Both the position numbers and the translations under genes were made by a program. Positions 48,801-61,200 of a DNA stretch of 64,000 nt are shown one piece after another. How positions within the stretch are numbered: position 1 is the stretch's first letter; each line of letters begins with the position of its first letter. The DNA comes from a virus, in the IMG/VR virus record IMGVR_UViG_3300046008_000291, positions 64,001-128,000 of that record; one strand, given 5' to 3'. A model generated the notes under the pieces. That model ran no database searches. It was not told the origin of the DNA and saw nothing but the letters and a program-made list of their open reading frames with translations.

Positions 48801-49224
48801 TTATAAAAATTTAACAGATACTATCATTTATAACCCTGCTAAATTTAAACCAATATTTGGCGCCAAAGCAGCAATTTCATTACAGGCAACATTTAAAGTG
48901 GTAAAAAATACAAGTATAGTGGTCAGTGATAATGATATTAAAACTAAAGTCATTGATGCAATTAACAGTTACTTTGATGTAGCTAACTGGGACTTTGGTG
49001 AAACATTCTACTTCAGTGAATTGAGTGCGTACCTGCATAGTGTGCTTGCACCTAATATTGCAAGTATCACTATTGTTCCATCGAGTGAAACTGGCACATT
49101 CGGTAGCCTACTACAAATCAATGCAAACTATAATGAAATTATTGTAAGTGCTGCAACTGTGGACAATGTACAGATTATTAGTGCAATCACCGCAGCGCAA
49201 ATCAACCAAACTGTATTGGCTTAA
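45847..49224 (+). CDS. gp6: Baseplate wedge protein
   Basis: DF.SYDYETLR..MIDYL...PEDFNDFIESSE, RENFMDTAQRRDS, FGDG.F..IP, ESLEEIRQKAP..Y.TQDRMVT.EDY, WDFGETFYFSEL. Confidence 0.9.
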   Translation: MAITTRQTGLLVAEDWTRVYQTFRNADFQSYDYETLRKSMIDYLRLYYPEDFNDFIESSEFIALIDLIAFLGQSLAFRGDLNARENFMDTAQRRDSILKLAKLISYNPKRNIPASGLLKVDSVSTTETVYDSNGINLSGLVISWADSANDNWYEQFTAVINAGLMSAQSIGKPSNSQLINGIINDEYQINLVSSIIATYSFTTKIEGTTTKFEMTSPTSAGKTYIYESAPRQNQPFNLLYKNDNLGNTSANTGFFTYFKQGELKSLDFTFQESTPNRVYSVNVDNINNTDIWLYSLNAQGLPNALWTQVPAVNNTNVIYNKSTNKSIFQVNTRASDQIDLVFGDGAFANIPQGNYRLYYRVSNGADYKITPDEMQGIVVPVNYTSRSGRVETLTIRASLRYTVANASSRESLEEIRQKAPQQYYTQDRMVTGEDYNILPYTLFSNILKVKAVNRTSSGISRYLDVIDTTGKYSSTNIFADDGVLYRDPFVGTFSFDYNTKNDIYKAIYNKVKPVASAQETLHFFYSKYPTIVISDTQWHYSTTVANGSTGYLVNASDIILQVGDVVANNNKYIKQSSIIKFSAGTGNYFDSRNTIVYNDTPSKPGDKYFIYASVQQIVGDGTNGGLGNLANGSGPIILGEQVPDGAIAVAVYAVLNTEFSTALVDSIVGYVQSYQDFGLRYDIDTTSWKLILPSNLNTGDFSLTDAGNTSGAALDASWLIRFKTVGQTYTVLYRGLNYVFESVKETNFYFDNTVKVFDPKTGLTVHDNIKVLKVNANPDDSNPLALDYTWYIYKNIIEVDGYENPNKILVTFSDIDTNGILDNPELFELIVSPDVDSNSKYVYFQATYGYDNFVTQTLVSNDLINSSYATLIAAQAVSQTWPIGQLFYIAAENKFYQSDATYVLSEVTGYTAKVGRQDIYFQYRHNSPNYRRIDPSPNNIIDLYLLTKQYATDYTAWIQDTTGVVAEPTAPTVDALSTEFSSLENYKNLTDTIIYNPAKFKPIFGAKAAISLQATFKVVKNTSIVVSDNDIKTKVIDAINSYFDVANWDFGETFYFSELSAYLHSVLAPNIASITIVPSSETGTFGSLLQINANYNEIIVSAATVDNVQIISAITAAQINQTVLA

Positions 49225-49228
49225 ATAC
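49221..49228 (+). promoter_or_regulatory. Late promoter variant (TTAAATAC-TATATAAC) for the 4504-aa gene
   Basis: Overlaps the gp6 stop codon; extended consensus. Confidence 0.6.
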
Positions 49229-49254
49229 TATATAACACTTGAGATTATAACGAC

Positions 49255-52200
49255 ATGGCGACAAAAAAGACTTCAAATTTTCTTCCTACCATATTTCAAA
49301 CCGATACTAACAATAAGTTTTTGTCGGCAACAATGGATCAGTTAGTAACTGAGCCAAATTTAAGAAATATACACGGCTATATCGGAAGAACATTTGCTCC
49401 AACTTATAAAAGTAAAGACAGCTATGTAATCGAAAATTCAGCTGAAAGACAAAAGTATCAACTTGAACCAGGTATTGTTGTTCGCAATGATCGACAAGAA
49501 ATTACATTTTTTGCCAGTTATACTGATCTGTTAAACAAAATTGAATATTATGGTGGGCTAACTGCAAACCATGATAGATTATTTGACGACGAATATTATA
49601 GCTTTGACCCACAAATATCATTTGATAAATTTATTAATTTTAGTCAATACTACTGGCTTGCAGATGGTCCAAACGCTGTTGATGTTAACACCAGCGGAGT
49701 TGATTTAGAAAAAACCTATAATGTTGTTCGTAATGTAAGTTCGTCTCGTTACGAGTTTACATCTACTAGCCCGACAAAAAATACTCTTACTCTAGCACGT
49801 GGTGGCCGATACACATTTGAAGTTGATCAATTGGGTAATCAATTCTGGATACAAACTGAATTAGGTGTAGATGGTCTAGTAAATGCAACTCCGACAGTTA
49901 GTACACGTGATGTATTCGGAGTTATTAACAACGGTGCAGACTCGGGTACAATTACATTTAATGTGCCGCAGGCAAGTGCCCAAGACAGATATGTGTTAAT
50001 GAATGTAGTGGCCAACGTAGAGTACGCAGTGCCTCTTGCCTATGCTGATATACAAAATCATACTGTTAGTCAATTCCTTGCTGCGTTTCCAGGCTATGCA
50101 GGTGTTGCTACTCAACTCAACGGTAAAACTGCAATATTCATTGATCAAAATTTATTAACAAACCGTGGTGAAGAAGCATGGACTGTACCTAATGTTTACG
50201 ATGGCAACGGTGATATTGTGTCTGGCTATAATGCCGGCGAGGTAATACCCGAGGCACAACGTTACGGAGTTTGGCGTGTACAATTTGCAGACAGTGGTGA
50301 TATCAACGATCCATTAATTCGATTGGCCTGTGTACAAGATGTACAAATCAACGAAAAGGTCTATATCAGATCTGGTGTAGTTAATGCCAATAAAGAATTC
50401 TTTAAAGATTATGATGGATTTTTTCATGTTGTTCCTGTGATATCAAGTATACAAGATACTTTGTACTTTCAAGATGGTAACAATCCGTCTATCTATGGTA
50501 CAATTAAACTAGTTGATATCGCTGGCTGGTCTATAGATGTTGAAAATGATATTTTAGGAAAAACTACATACACCAGTCCCAATGGAGTGGTATTTACTAG
50601 CGGATTGAAAATAAGATTTGGTACTGATGCTATCCCAGCAACATATCAGGATAAGGAATATTATGTAGAAGGAGTAGGGTCTGCTACAGGCATACAATTA
50701 GTTGATACAACATTATTAGTTACACCTGAACCCTACAATGATGAGATTATCACTAATTATCCATTGAATAGAATTAGTTTAAGTGCAGTTACTACAGATG
50801 TAATCCCTGCAGGTACTGTTATTAACATTGGCACTATTGAAGTTGAAGTATATTATGAAGTTACAGTTGGATCTTTGTACATTGTTACATTGAGCGATGT
50901 ATCTTCAATAGTAAATGGATCGGCTATAACTGGAACAGGCATTGCCAGCGGAACATCAGTAATCAATACACGTCGAGACACTGTGTATCCAGAATATATT
51001 ACCATTAACAGAGCTAGTGTAGATTTAAATGCATGGTCGAGAAATAATCGATGGTTCCATCGAGATATAATCACTGCCACTGCTACCTATAACAATGAAC
51101 AATATATATTTGACCAAGACCTTCGCGCACGTCGTCCAATTGTACAGTTTGAATCAGACCTGCAATTGTTCAATTACGGCAGGATTGGAAAAGCACCAGT
51201 TGATATATTAGATACTACAACACAAGATGCATTTAATAATTTGAATGGACAGGTATTTTCTGTAGCGTTTGGAGTCACATTATTTGATGGCATGCGAGTT
51301 ATATTTGCCAACGATGTTGATCCGTTGGTTCGTAATAAAATTTTTGTACTTAATTTAGTGCAAACTGCAATTGATGGTGAAGGATTATTAACTGGGCCCA
51401 AATATATAAATTTAAATCCAGCTGCCGATGGTGCAGTTGAAACTTACGATTCTGTAGTTATAACTGATGGTGTTTACAAAGGCACTCAGTGGTGGTACAA
51501 TGGTGATACTTGGATAGCTAGTCAGCAAAAAACTAGCCTACAACAAGATCCGTTATTTGACATGTACGATAGTGCTGAACAGAGTTTTTCGCTTTATCCG
51601 TTGAGTACGTTTACCGGCACACGATTATTTGGCTACAACAGATCAAGTACCGGCACTATTTCTGATTCAGTATTGGCCTTTCCGCTGACTTACACATCAT
51701 TCCAAACTCAGGGAAATATTGAATTCATCAATTACTTTGATACTGATACGTTTAGTTATGTAGCTAATCAAACTCAACTTACTGAACGAATTGCCACAGG
51801 GTTCCTACATCAAATAGTAGATAGATACACATCACTACCAAAAAATAATTGGAATACAGTTACTGAAAAAAATAATCAATATCAATTGATTACCTATGTA
51901 TACGATGGTATTAATAGTCCATTTAAAATTGATGTCACTGTACCAGATGCAGTTACGATACCATATGTTAAAGTTTATAAAAATAATGTATTCTTAAAAA
52001 CATCTCAATGGACTTTAACAAATGGAGCATTGACATTATCCACTGCACCTACTATAGGTGATAAGATCGACATTCTAGTCTATAGTAATGAAGTAAGTGC
52101 GCTTGGGCAATACCAGATACCAAAAAATCTAGAGCTCAATGCACAAAATACTGATTTATCAACATTGACATTGGGTCAAATCAGAAATCACCTAGTGGAA

Positions 52201-55200
52201 CTAAGTCAAAATAGTACAGAGTTAGTGGGTGATGTACTCAGTGATAGTAATCTTAGAGATATTGAGATTAAATCACAAGGCGGCACCATATTACAACACA
52301 GTGCACCTTTATCGAATGCAGCATTATTTTTAGTAAATGACAGCACAAACTTTATTGACGCCGTTCGTTACGCACAGCAAGAATATGCTAGATTTAAAAA
52401 TAAATTTTTAGAGTTAAGTGTAACTTTGTCTGGCATACAACCGACTGATCCTGTGGCCAGTGTTGATTTAATCATAACCGAAATTAATAAGATTAAAAAC
52501 AGTACGTTCCCTTGGTATTACAGTGACATGATACCGTATGGTACATTAAAAAATATTGTCAATGGCGTGGGCTATACAATATTTGACCCATTGGTTCGTT
52601 CATATGAAATTACTACAACATTCGATGCCCGTGCATTAAGTAATAAAGCAGTACTTGTTTATTTAAATGATGTACAGTTAATAATAGATATAGATTATAC
52701 ATTTGATACAGATCGTCCAGCAATAACGTTTACCGACACTGTTACTTTGGAAGTTGATGACAATGTTAAAATTGTAGAATATGCAGATACTAATGGATCT
52801 TATGTACCAGAAACTCCAACTAAGTTAGGGTTATATCCTAAATTTATTCCTGAGATCTTTTTAGACGATACCTATCGTACATCCATTAATGTTATTCGCG
52901 GCCACGACGGTAGCATAACACCAGCATTTGATGATTATAGAGATGAATTTTTATTAGAGTTAGAAAAACGTATATACAATAACATCACGCTGCGTGATAT
53001 CGGTAGCTATCAAGACATTTATAACGTAATGCCGGGTAAATTTAGAAATAATGATTATTCGATAAATGAAATAAATCAATTAACGTCTAAGAATTTCCTT
53101 ATATGGATAGGCAATAATAAAATTGATTTCACAGTCAACGACACATTTGACAGCAATGATCCCTTTACATGGAATTACAGCCGTTTTGTGGATCGAATTG
53201 ATAGTGAAGCATTACCAGGTAGTTGGAGAGCATGCTATCAATATTTCTATGATACATTACGTCCGCATTTAACTCCGTGGGAGATGTTGGGTTTCTCTAC
53301 CATGCCATCATGGTGGGTAGAAGAATACGGTCCTGCACCTTATACTGGCGGCAATAAATTACTATGGGACGACCTAGAAGCTGGATTGATTAAACAAGGT
53401 ACTCGCGCAGGTATAGATACAACCTTTGCACGCCCTGGATTGTCAGAAGTTATACCAGTTGATGCAAACGGATTTTTATTAAGTCCGGCAGCAATAATGA
53501 CTGCATCATTTAATGCTACTCATGCGGCAACTGCATGGGCAGTAGGACAACAGGGACCGGTCGAAACAGCGTGGCGCCACAGCAGTGACTTTGCGTTTGC
53601 TGTACAACAAGCACTGGCATTGGCTAAACCAGCCAAGTATTTTAGTCTATTAATGGATGTGTCACGTTATTCAAAAAATACTATGTTGGAGCAATATGTA
53701 ACTGATACCAATGATCACATTAAACAAACATCACTGACATTCAATGGTGACACATCAGCTGGCACTGTGGTTAGAACCGCCGGTTATATAAACTGGATTG
53801 CTGACTTTTTAATACATCAAGGTGTAGATCCTGCTACTGTTATTACTCCGCTGATATCACATTATCAAATTAATCTTGCATATAAACTGGCCGGATTTAG
53901 TGATCAAAAATATCTACAAATTTTAGCAGAACAAAGTTCACCGACCAGTACAAATGATAGTATTATTGTACCAAATGAAAATTATAATGTACATTTGTAT
54001 AAATCGACGCCTGTTGACAAACTAGTCTACAGTGGTGTGATTATTGAAAAGACCACAAATGGCTATAGTGTACGTGGGTATAATTTAGCTAACCCGTACT
54101 TTACTATTATTCCAAGTGTGATAAATTCAAATGCATACAAAATTACTGTATTAACTAATTCAGTAACAGTGTTTAAAGATTATCAAAACTTAAAATTAAC
54201 CGTACCTTATGGGTATGAGTTTAATAGCCAACAACAAATAGCTGATTTCTTAATTAGCTACGAAAGATATTTAATGGCGCAGGGTTTTACCTTCAATGAC
54301 ACAGATGAACAACTAGGCGAAACACGCAACTGGAAACTATCAACTAAAGAATTCTTATTCTGGGCACAGCAAGGTTGGGCACCGGGCAGTATCTTAGTAT
54401 TATCACCGGTGGCTAACACAATAAATGCAGTTACAGTTGGTGCAATCACTGATGCAATTACTGATAGTCAGCATGGTTCAAAAGTATTAGATCAAAATTT
54501 TGCCTTGGTTAAAACTACAAATTACAATGTGTTACGTAGCCCAACTGCATTTAAATTAACATTGACCAATGATGCAGTTATTGGCTATATTGAATTAAAT
54601 CTAGTACAATACGAGCATGTGTTAATTTTTGATAACACCACAGTGTTTAATGATATCATTTACAAACCTGAACTTGGTAATAGACAATACAGGTTAAAAT
54701 TGATTGGACAAAAAACCGCAGACTGGGATGGCAGTTTAAGTGCGCCAGGCTTCATCTACAATTCTGGCAACATAGATGCGTGGTCCAGTAATAAAGATTA
54801 TTTAAAAGGTGACCTAGTACAATATAAAAATCAATATTATGTTGCATTGAATAATGTTACTCAAACAACTAATGCTGAATTTGCCTTTGCTTATTGGAAA
54901 CAAATTGCCGCAAGTGAAATTAAAAAAGGGCTATTGCCAAACTTTGCCACCATTGCTGCTAAATCTCAGGTATATTATGATTCATATACAAATTTTAAAG
55001 ATGCGGATCAAATCAACTACAGCCATGGATTAATTGGATTTAAAACACGTCAATATCTGTCAGATCTTGGTTTAAGTGATACGACACAAATTGAATTATA
55101 CAAAGGATTCATTAAACAAAAAGGTTCTGCTAATGCAATTAATCAATTGACCAGTGCAGAATTTAATAATTTAAGCAGTGCCATAAATTTCTATGAAGAA

Positions 55201-58200
55201 TGGGCAATACGTGTGGGCGAATATGGTGCATTAGATACAAACCCATACGTGGAAATTGCACTCGATGAAAAAGCATTTTCAGTTAATCCTGCAACTGCTA
55301 CATTTGTAACTGATTCCAGCAGTGACGGTGTAACTACATTTAACAAATCACAATTATATAAATCAACCGAGCAGTATAACGGAATTATTGCATTAGATAG
55401 AGATGCACAAAGTGATTACAATAACGATATCACTACTGCTGGATATGTAAATATCGATGATGTTGATACTACTATATTTGATCTAGCCAACTTCACTGAT
55501 TTGAACAATCAATTATCTGCAATCGGTACTGGCTATACTATATGGTGTGCAAAAGACTTTTCGCAAAACTGGAATGTATATCGAGTAACAGAAACTGATA
55601 ATACAGTTACATCAGTGGCTAACTCGTTAGATGGATATGTAACATTTACCACCACTAATCCTCATGGATTGGTTGCTGGCGACATATTTTTAGTTCGTAG
55701 TTTTGCCACTGAGTTCGACGGCTTCTATCAAGTCGACAGTGTAATAGACCTTGATAACATATTAGTCAGATACGCAGGTGACACTTCACAACTAACTACC
55801 TTAGATGGCGACGGCATGTTGTTTATTCTAGACAGTGTACGTTTTAACTACATGGAAACTGCACGTTTATATACGCCGCCGCATCAATGGAAAGTCGGTG
55901 AAAAGATTTGGATCGATGAAGATGCGGAAACTAATGCTGTACAAGGCCAGCCATTTGGTACGCAACCAAGCGGTACATGGAAAGTATACGAAAAAACACA
56001 CCCATGGGAAATGGATCAACGTCTAGTTAAAACCAATGATATGTACATTACATTTAGTAATGTGGCACTGGCCAATGCAACTAGTACATTAACCATTGGC
56101 GGAAATGCTGTGACTAATATCACAACTATTACAGGTAATGCAGTGGGCATTATATCAAATTTCCTTACTAGTAGTAATGCATCTAATGTAAGCACAAGTC
56201 AGATAGTTAGTACTAATAATATATTTCCAGCAAACACTACAGTATCTTCATTAACAACTAATAATGAATATTCTGCAAACATAGGCTACGGTCAAGCATT
56301 AAAAATGATTGACAACATCGAGCAAACTATTTTTGTCGGTACCACTTTGTATGCAAACTTATCTGTTTCTACTAACACAGGTGCAGTAAATGTATTTGAT
56401 AAAAATACTTCAAATGTCTATACTGAATCGACAACTATAACACCTGATGGTGCAAATACATTTACTTACGGTTCGCACATTGATACAGCAGTTGATCCGT
56501 TCATTGATGATGGAGTTGCCGGAAGAGAAACGTTAGCAGTTAACGCACCAACAAGTTCTGGTGCCGGCGGCGCCGCTAATGTTGGTTTAATCTATACCTA
56601 TAATAAACTTGAAGGCGAAACTGTATGGAATAGAGGACAGGTTATTACAGGCAATGTTAGTGCTGTCGATGGACAGTTTGGCTATGGCTTTGCGTTTGAT
56701 GAGTTAGGCCACTGGTTGTATGTTGGCGCTCCGTACGAAGCAACTCCAAAAGTGTATGTATATGGCTTACAACGCTTTGTAACTAAAGCTACGGGAAATG
56801 TTACTACATCTGGTTCTGTATCTACAATAACAGTACCATTTACACCCGAAGTTACTAATGATGCAAATGCACTAGTTGTGACTAGCTCAACACGTACATA
56901 CATTCCAAATATTGATTACACATTATCTGGCACAACTATAACATTTATATCTGGAAATGTTAATGGTACACTAACAATTTCACAAGGTCCGTACTACACA
57001 TTAGTTAAAACTATTAACGGACCGGCGGGCAGTGAATTTGGTTTTTGTATTGATGCTAGTTTAAACGGTGCACAACTTGGTGTTGGCGCACCAGCTGACA
57101 GTGTAATTGGCTCTAGTGGCGACTTGCTCGATGAAGCCGGCGCAGTATACGCATACGATCGTGTTATCGAAGCATTTACCAGTACAACTGGTACAGTGTA
57201 TACCACAGTAGAAACAATTGCACCTGTGTATAAAGTAACTGTTGACGGAATTGAATTGCCTCGCAGCGAATATACTGCAACCCCGGGAACTAATACAGTT
57301 ACATTAAATGTTCCATTAGGTGTTGGTAAAGTTGTCAATGTTGAAACAAATGAATTTACTCTATTAGAAAGATTGATTGGCATTGACAGTTTAGATGGTA
57401 GTCTAAATGCTATTCAAGAAGGTGCACGATTTGGTACAGCCCTGACTATCTGTTCAAACAACTGCGCATTCTATATTGGTGCTCCTTATTATAATGCCGG
57501 TACAATTTACAATACTGGTGCAGTATGGAAATTCCATAACAGAGGAACCTTGTACGGTACTAACACAGGCTATACACAAAATCCAACGTTTACTCCAGGC
57601 AATACAATTCGACTAGATAACTTCCAAATTACTGTGACTGGTACAAGTTTAGATAGTTTAATCGAAGATATTAATGATGCTAACCTATTAGGTATCACCG
57701 CAGTTAATGAAAATGGATACTTAAGATTAGACAGTGATAAAACTGTAGCTAAAAATCGCTTACGTGTCTTATCAGGCAGTGGTACAGTGTATGAAGATGC
57801 AGGCTTGGCTATATTTGCGTTCATGCAGATTATTGTTAACCCATATCGTAGTAACAATGAATATTTTGGTACTAAAGTTATCTTGGCTCGCAATGCATAC
57901 ATGCTGGTTATTAGTAGTGAACGTGGAACAACAAAACATTATGCTACATTTGATGCGCATACAGACTTATTATATCCTAACGCACCTGAATATATTATTG
58001 ACACTGACCCAACCAGTCTAACCTATAACGAATTAATAGTAAATCCAGAACAATATCTATTAGATTCAACTAGCACACTGCACAATATTAACACAACACT
58101 CGATGATGATTCTACAGCACTATTAGACGAAGTTAAAGCAAGTGGTAGTGTTTACACATATGAATTATATGATGACCCACGTGACCATGTTGAGAATCCA

Positions 58201-61200
58201 GGACGTTATGCATTCTGTCAACAACTCGATCCAACAGATTTAAACTCAGGCGACGGATTTGGCGCGGCATTTGATGTAATCGGTGGACATATTGTAGTAA
58301 GTGCACCAACTGATGATACTACTATAGAAAATGGTGGCAGTATCTACTTGTTTAACAATCCGACTGGTCGTCGTGGTTGGAGTTTAATTAGATATCAAGA
58401 GCCACGTGTAGACATCGAATCAGTTACTAGAATGTATCTATACAGTAATTTAACAAATACTATTTTAACATCATTGGAATTCATTGATCCTGCCAAAGGC
58501 AAAATCCTCGGTCGTGCAGATCAGGAAATATCATACAAAACTGGCTATGATCCGGCAATATACAATCGCGGAACAAACACCGCAGTTAGCCTAAACGATA
58601 ATATATTCTGGAGTACTACTCAAGTTGGTGAAGTGTGGTGGAATCTAAGTCAACTTAGTTACATAGATTATGAGCAAGATACATTAACATATCGCAGTAT
58701 TAATTGGGGTAATTTATTCCCTGGATCAACTGTGGAAGTGTTAGAGTGGGTAGAAAGTATATATCTACCTAGTGCTTATGTTGCCAACGGTGGTGATGGC
58801 GTGCCTAAATATGCCGATGATAGTGCTTATGTTGAACTTGTTTATGTTGATCAAGTTACTAACATTATTAGTATTAAATATTTCTACTGGGTCAAAGATA
58901 AAACAACTGTTGATCCAACTAACGAAACTAGACAATTGACCACAACATCAATACAGGATATAATACAAAATCCAAAAAATCAAGGCATTCCGTATGCGGC
59001 AGTTATACAGAATAATTCAGTTGTTGTATATAATGTAGCTGATTATCTGTCTGCGCAAACTACTATATTGCACCTTGACTATAATACAGTTAAGAATACT
59101 AATATTATTCATAGTGAATATGAACTAGTACAAAAAGGAAATGCAGATAGTATAATATCTCCTAAGATTATTAATAAATTAATTGATAGTCTGGCTGGTA
59201 TCGATATACTGGGTGCAGAGGTGCCTGACCCAACACTAAGCGTTGCTGATAAATTTGGCTTAGGCACAAGACCACGTCAGGCTATATTTGCTGACAGAAT
59301 TGCTGCCTATGCTAACTTAGTAGAATATGCTAACAGTATTTTGATAACTAAACCGATTACAAGAAACTGTGACCTAACTACTATTAGTTCAGCTGAAGCA
59401 GAGCCTAGTTTTAAATTGGGAGAGTACGATTTAAAAATTGAAACAGAAATAGAATTAGATTATCTCGATGTGGCATTATTAACCGCAGGATACAAAGTTT
59501 TAGTAAATCAAGATACTACCCAGGATAATTTATGGGTATTATATGAATTGTCTGCGGATAAAACTTGGACCGCTATTAGAACACAAAGTTACAAAACCGA
59601 CTTGTATTGGGATTATGTTGATTGGTATGCGCCCGGTTATGGTACAGATACTCAACTTGAATATGTAGTTGACACATTAACTGATGCATTAAAATTACCA
59701 GTAGCAGTCGGCGATGATGTTTTAGTCAGAGTTGCCAACGGAGTCAATCGCGGATGGAATTTACTTGTTCTCAATGGCAATAATCAATTTGATGTAGTCG
59801 GTATACAAGACGGAACTATTCAATTAAAAACATCAAATGGTAATTTTGTTAACAATAAAACCCCAACTACTGAAATTCGTTATATAATTACTGCACTTAA
59901 AGATGATATTTTTGTTGGCGAGTTAGACACAGAATTTAATAAATTATTCTTTGTAATGATTAACTATCTATTCAATGAACAAAAATATGTTGACTGGATA
60001 TTTAAAACTAGTTTTATTAGTGTATCGCATAAATTGCGTTCACTATTACAATATCCTAATTATATTAAAGATAATCAAACGTATTATGAAAGTTATATTA
60101 CTGAGGTTAAACCGTATTCAACTAAAATACGTGAATACTCTATTAACTATGACAGTACTGATGAATTTGCAGGCAGTGTAACTGACTTCGATCTATCTCC
60201 ATATTACGATACGGATACTAAAATATTCCGTAGCCCTAGTGGTGAAGATGTAATCAAAGACGAGGCTCTATGGCAAACTGACACATACAATCAATGGTAT
60301 GCAAATAGAAATCATCGTGTTGAAAGTATCGTAGTAGAATACGGTGGAAGTGGCTACACATCAGAACCGATAGTTACTATTGTCGATGGTGGACTTGCAG
60401 CCACAGGCGCAACTGCCCGTGCAATTATTGATTTTGACTCAGGCGCAGTAACTAGCATTGAACTTTTAACATCTGGCAGTGGATATTATATAACACCGAC
60501 CGTGATTATTAATGGTGGATGCACTATACCTGCAACTGCGTATGCAATACTTAAAAACAAACAAGTTAGAAGTGTTAATACAACATTAAAATTTGATAGA
60601 GTTAGTTACACTAGTTCTGTGCAGGAATGGGCCGCTAACACTGCTTATACTGCTGGTGATATTGTAACTCATGTGGGTTCACTGGCCGGTGCTGTTCGTC
60701 ATGCATTTATAGTAAATGCAAACATAACATCGGGATCTACGTTTGTACACACTGAGGATTATACACGATACAGTTCGGCTAATTTTACCAATGCAAATGA
60801 TCGTATTGTAGGATACTACGAACCAACTGCTGCCATGCCTGCAATCGAAACGATTAATAAAGATATTACAATCGCGGCCTCTGTCACAAACTCCAATGTA
60901 TTATTTGTAACAGCCACTCCTGGATTGCATAAAAATATGACTATTAGCAGTAATTCTGCTAATGCAACAATAATCACTGAAGCAGTATCTGGAATATTAT
61001 TATTAAGTGGTAATATCTCTGCCAACGTCGGTGATTATTTAACTCAAACCAGGGTATCAAACATATATAATGTTACTAGCAATGTTGCTACATCATATTG
61101 GGCAAATGTATTTGTAACAGCTAATGTACAGATCCTCACAACTCTGCCTGCAATATTTGGAAATATAACCAATGCATATCGTGTAGGCGCATACTTAACT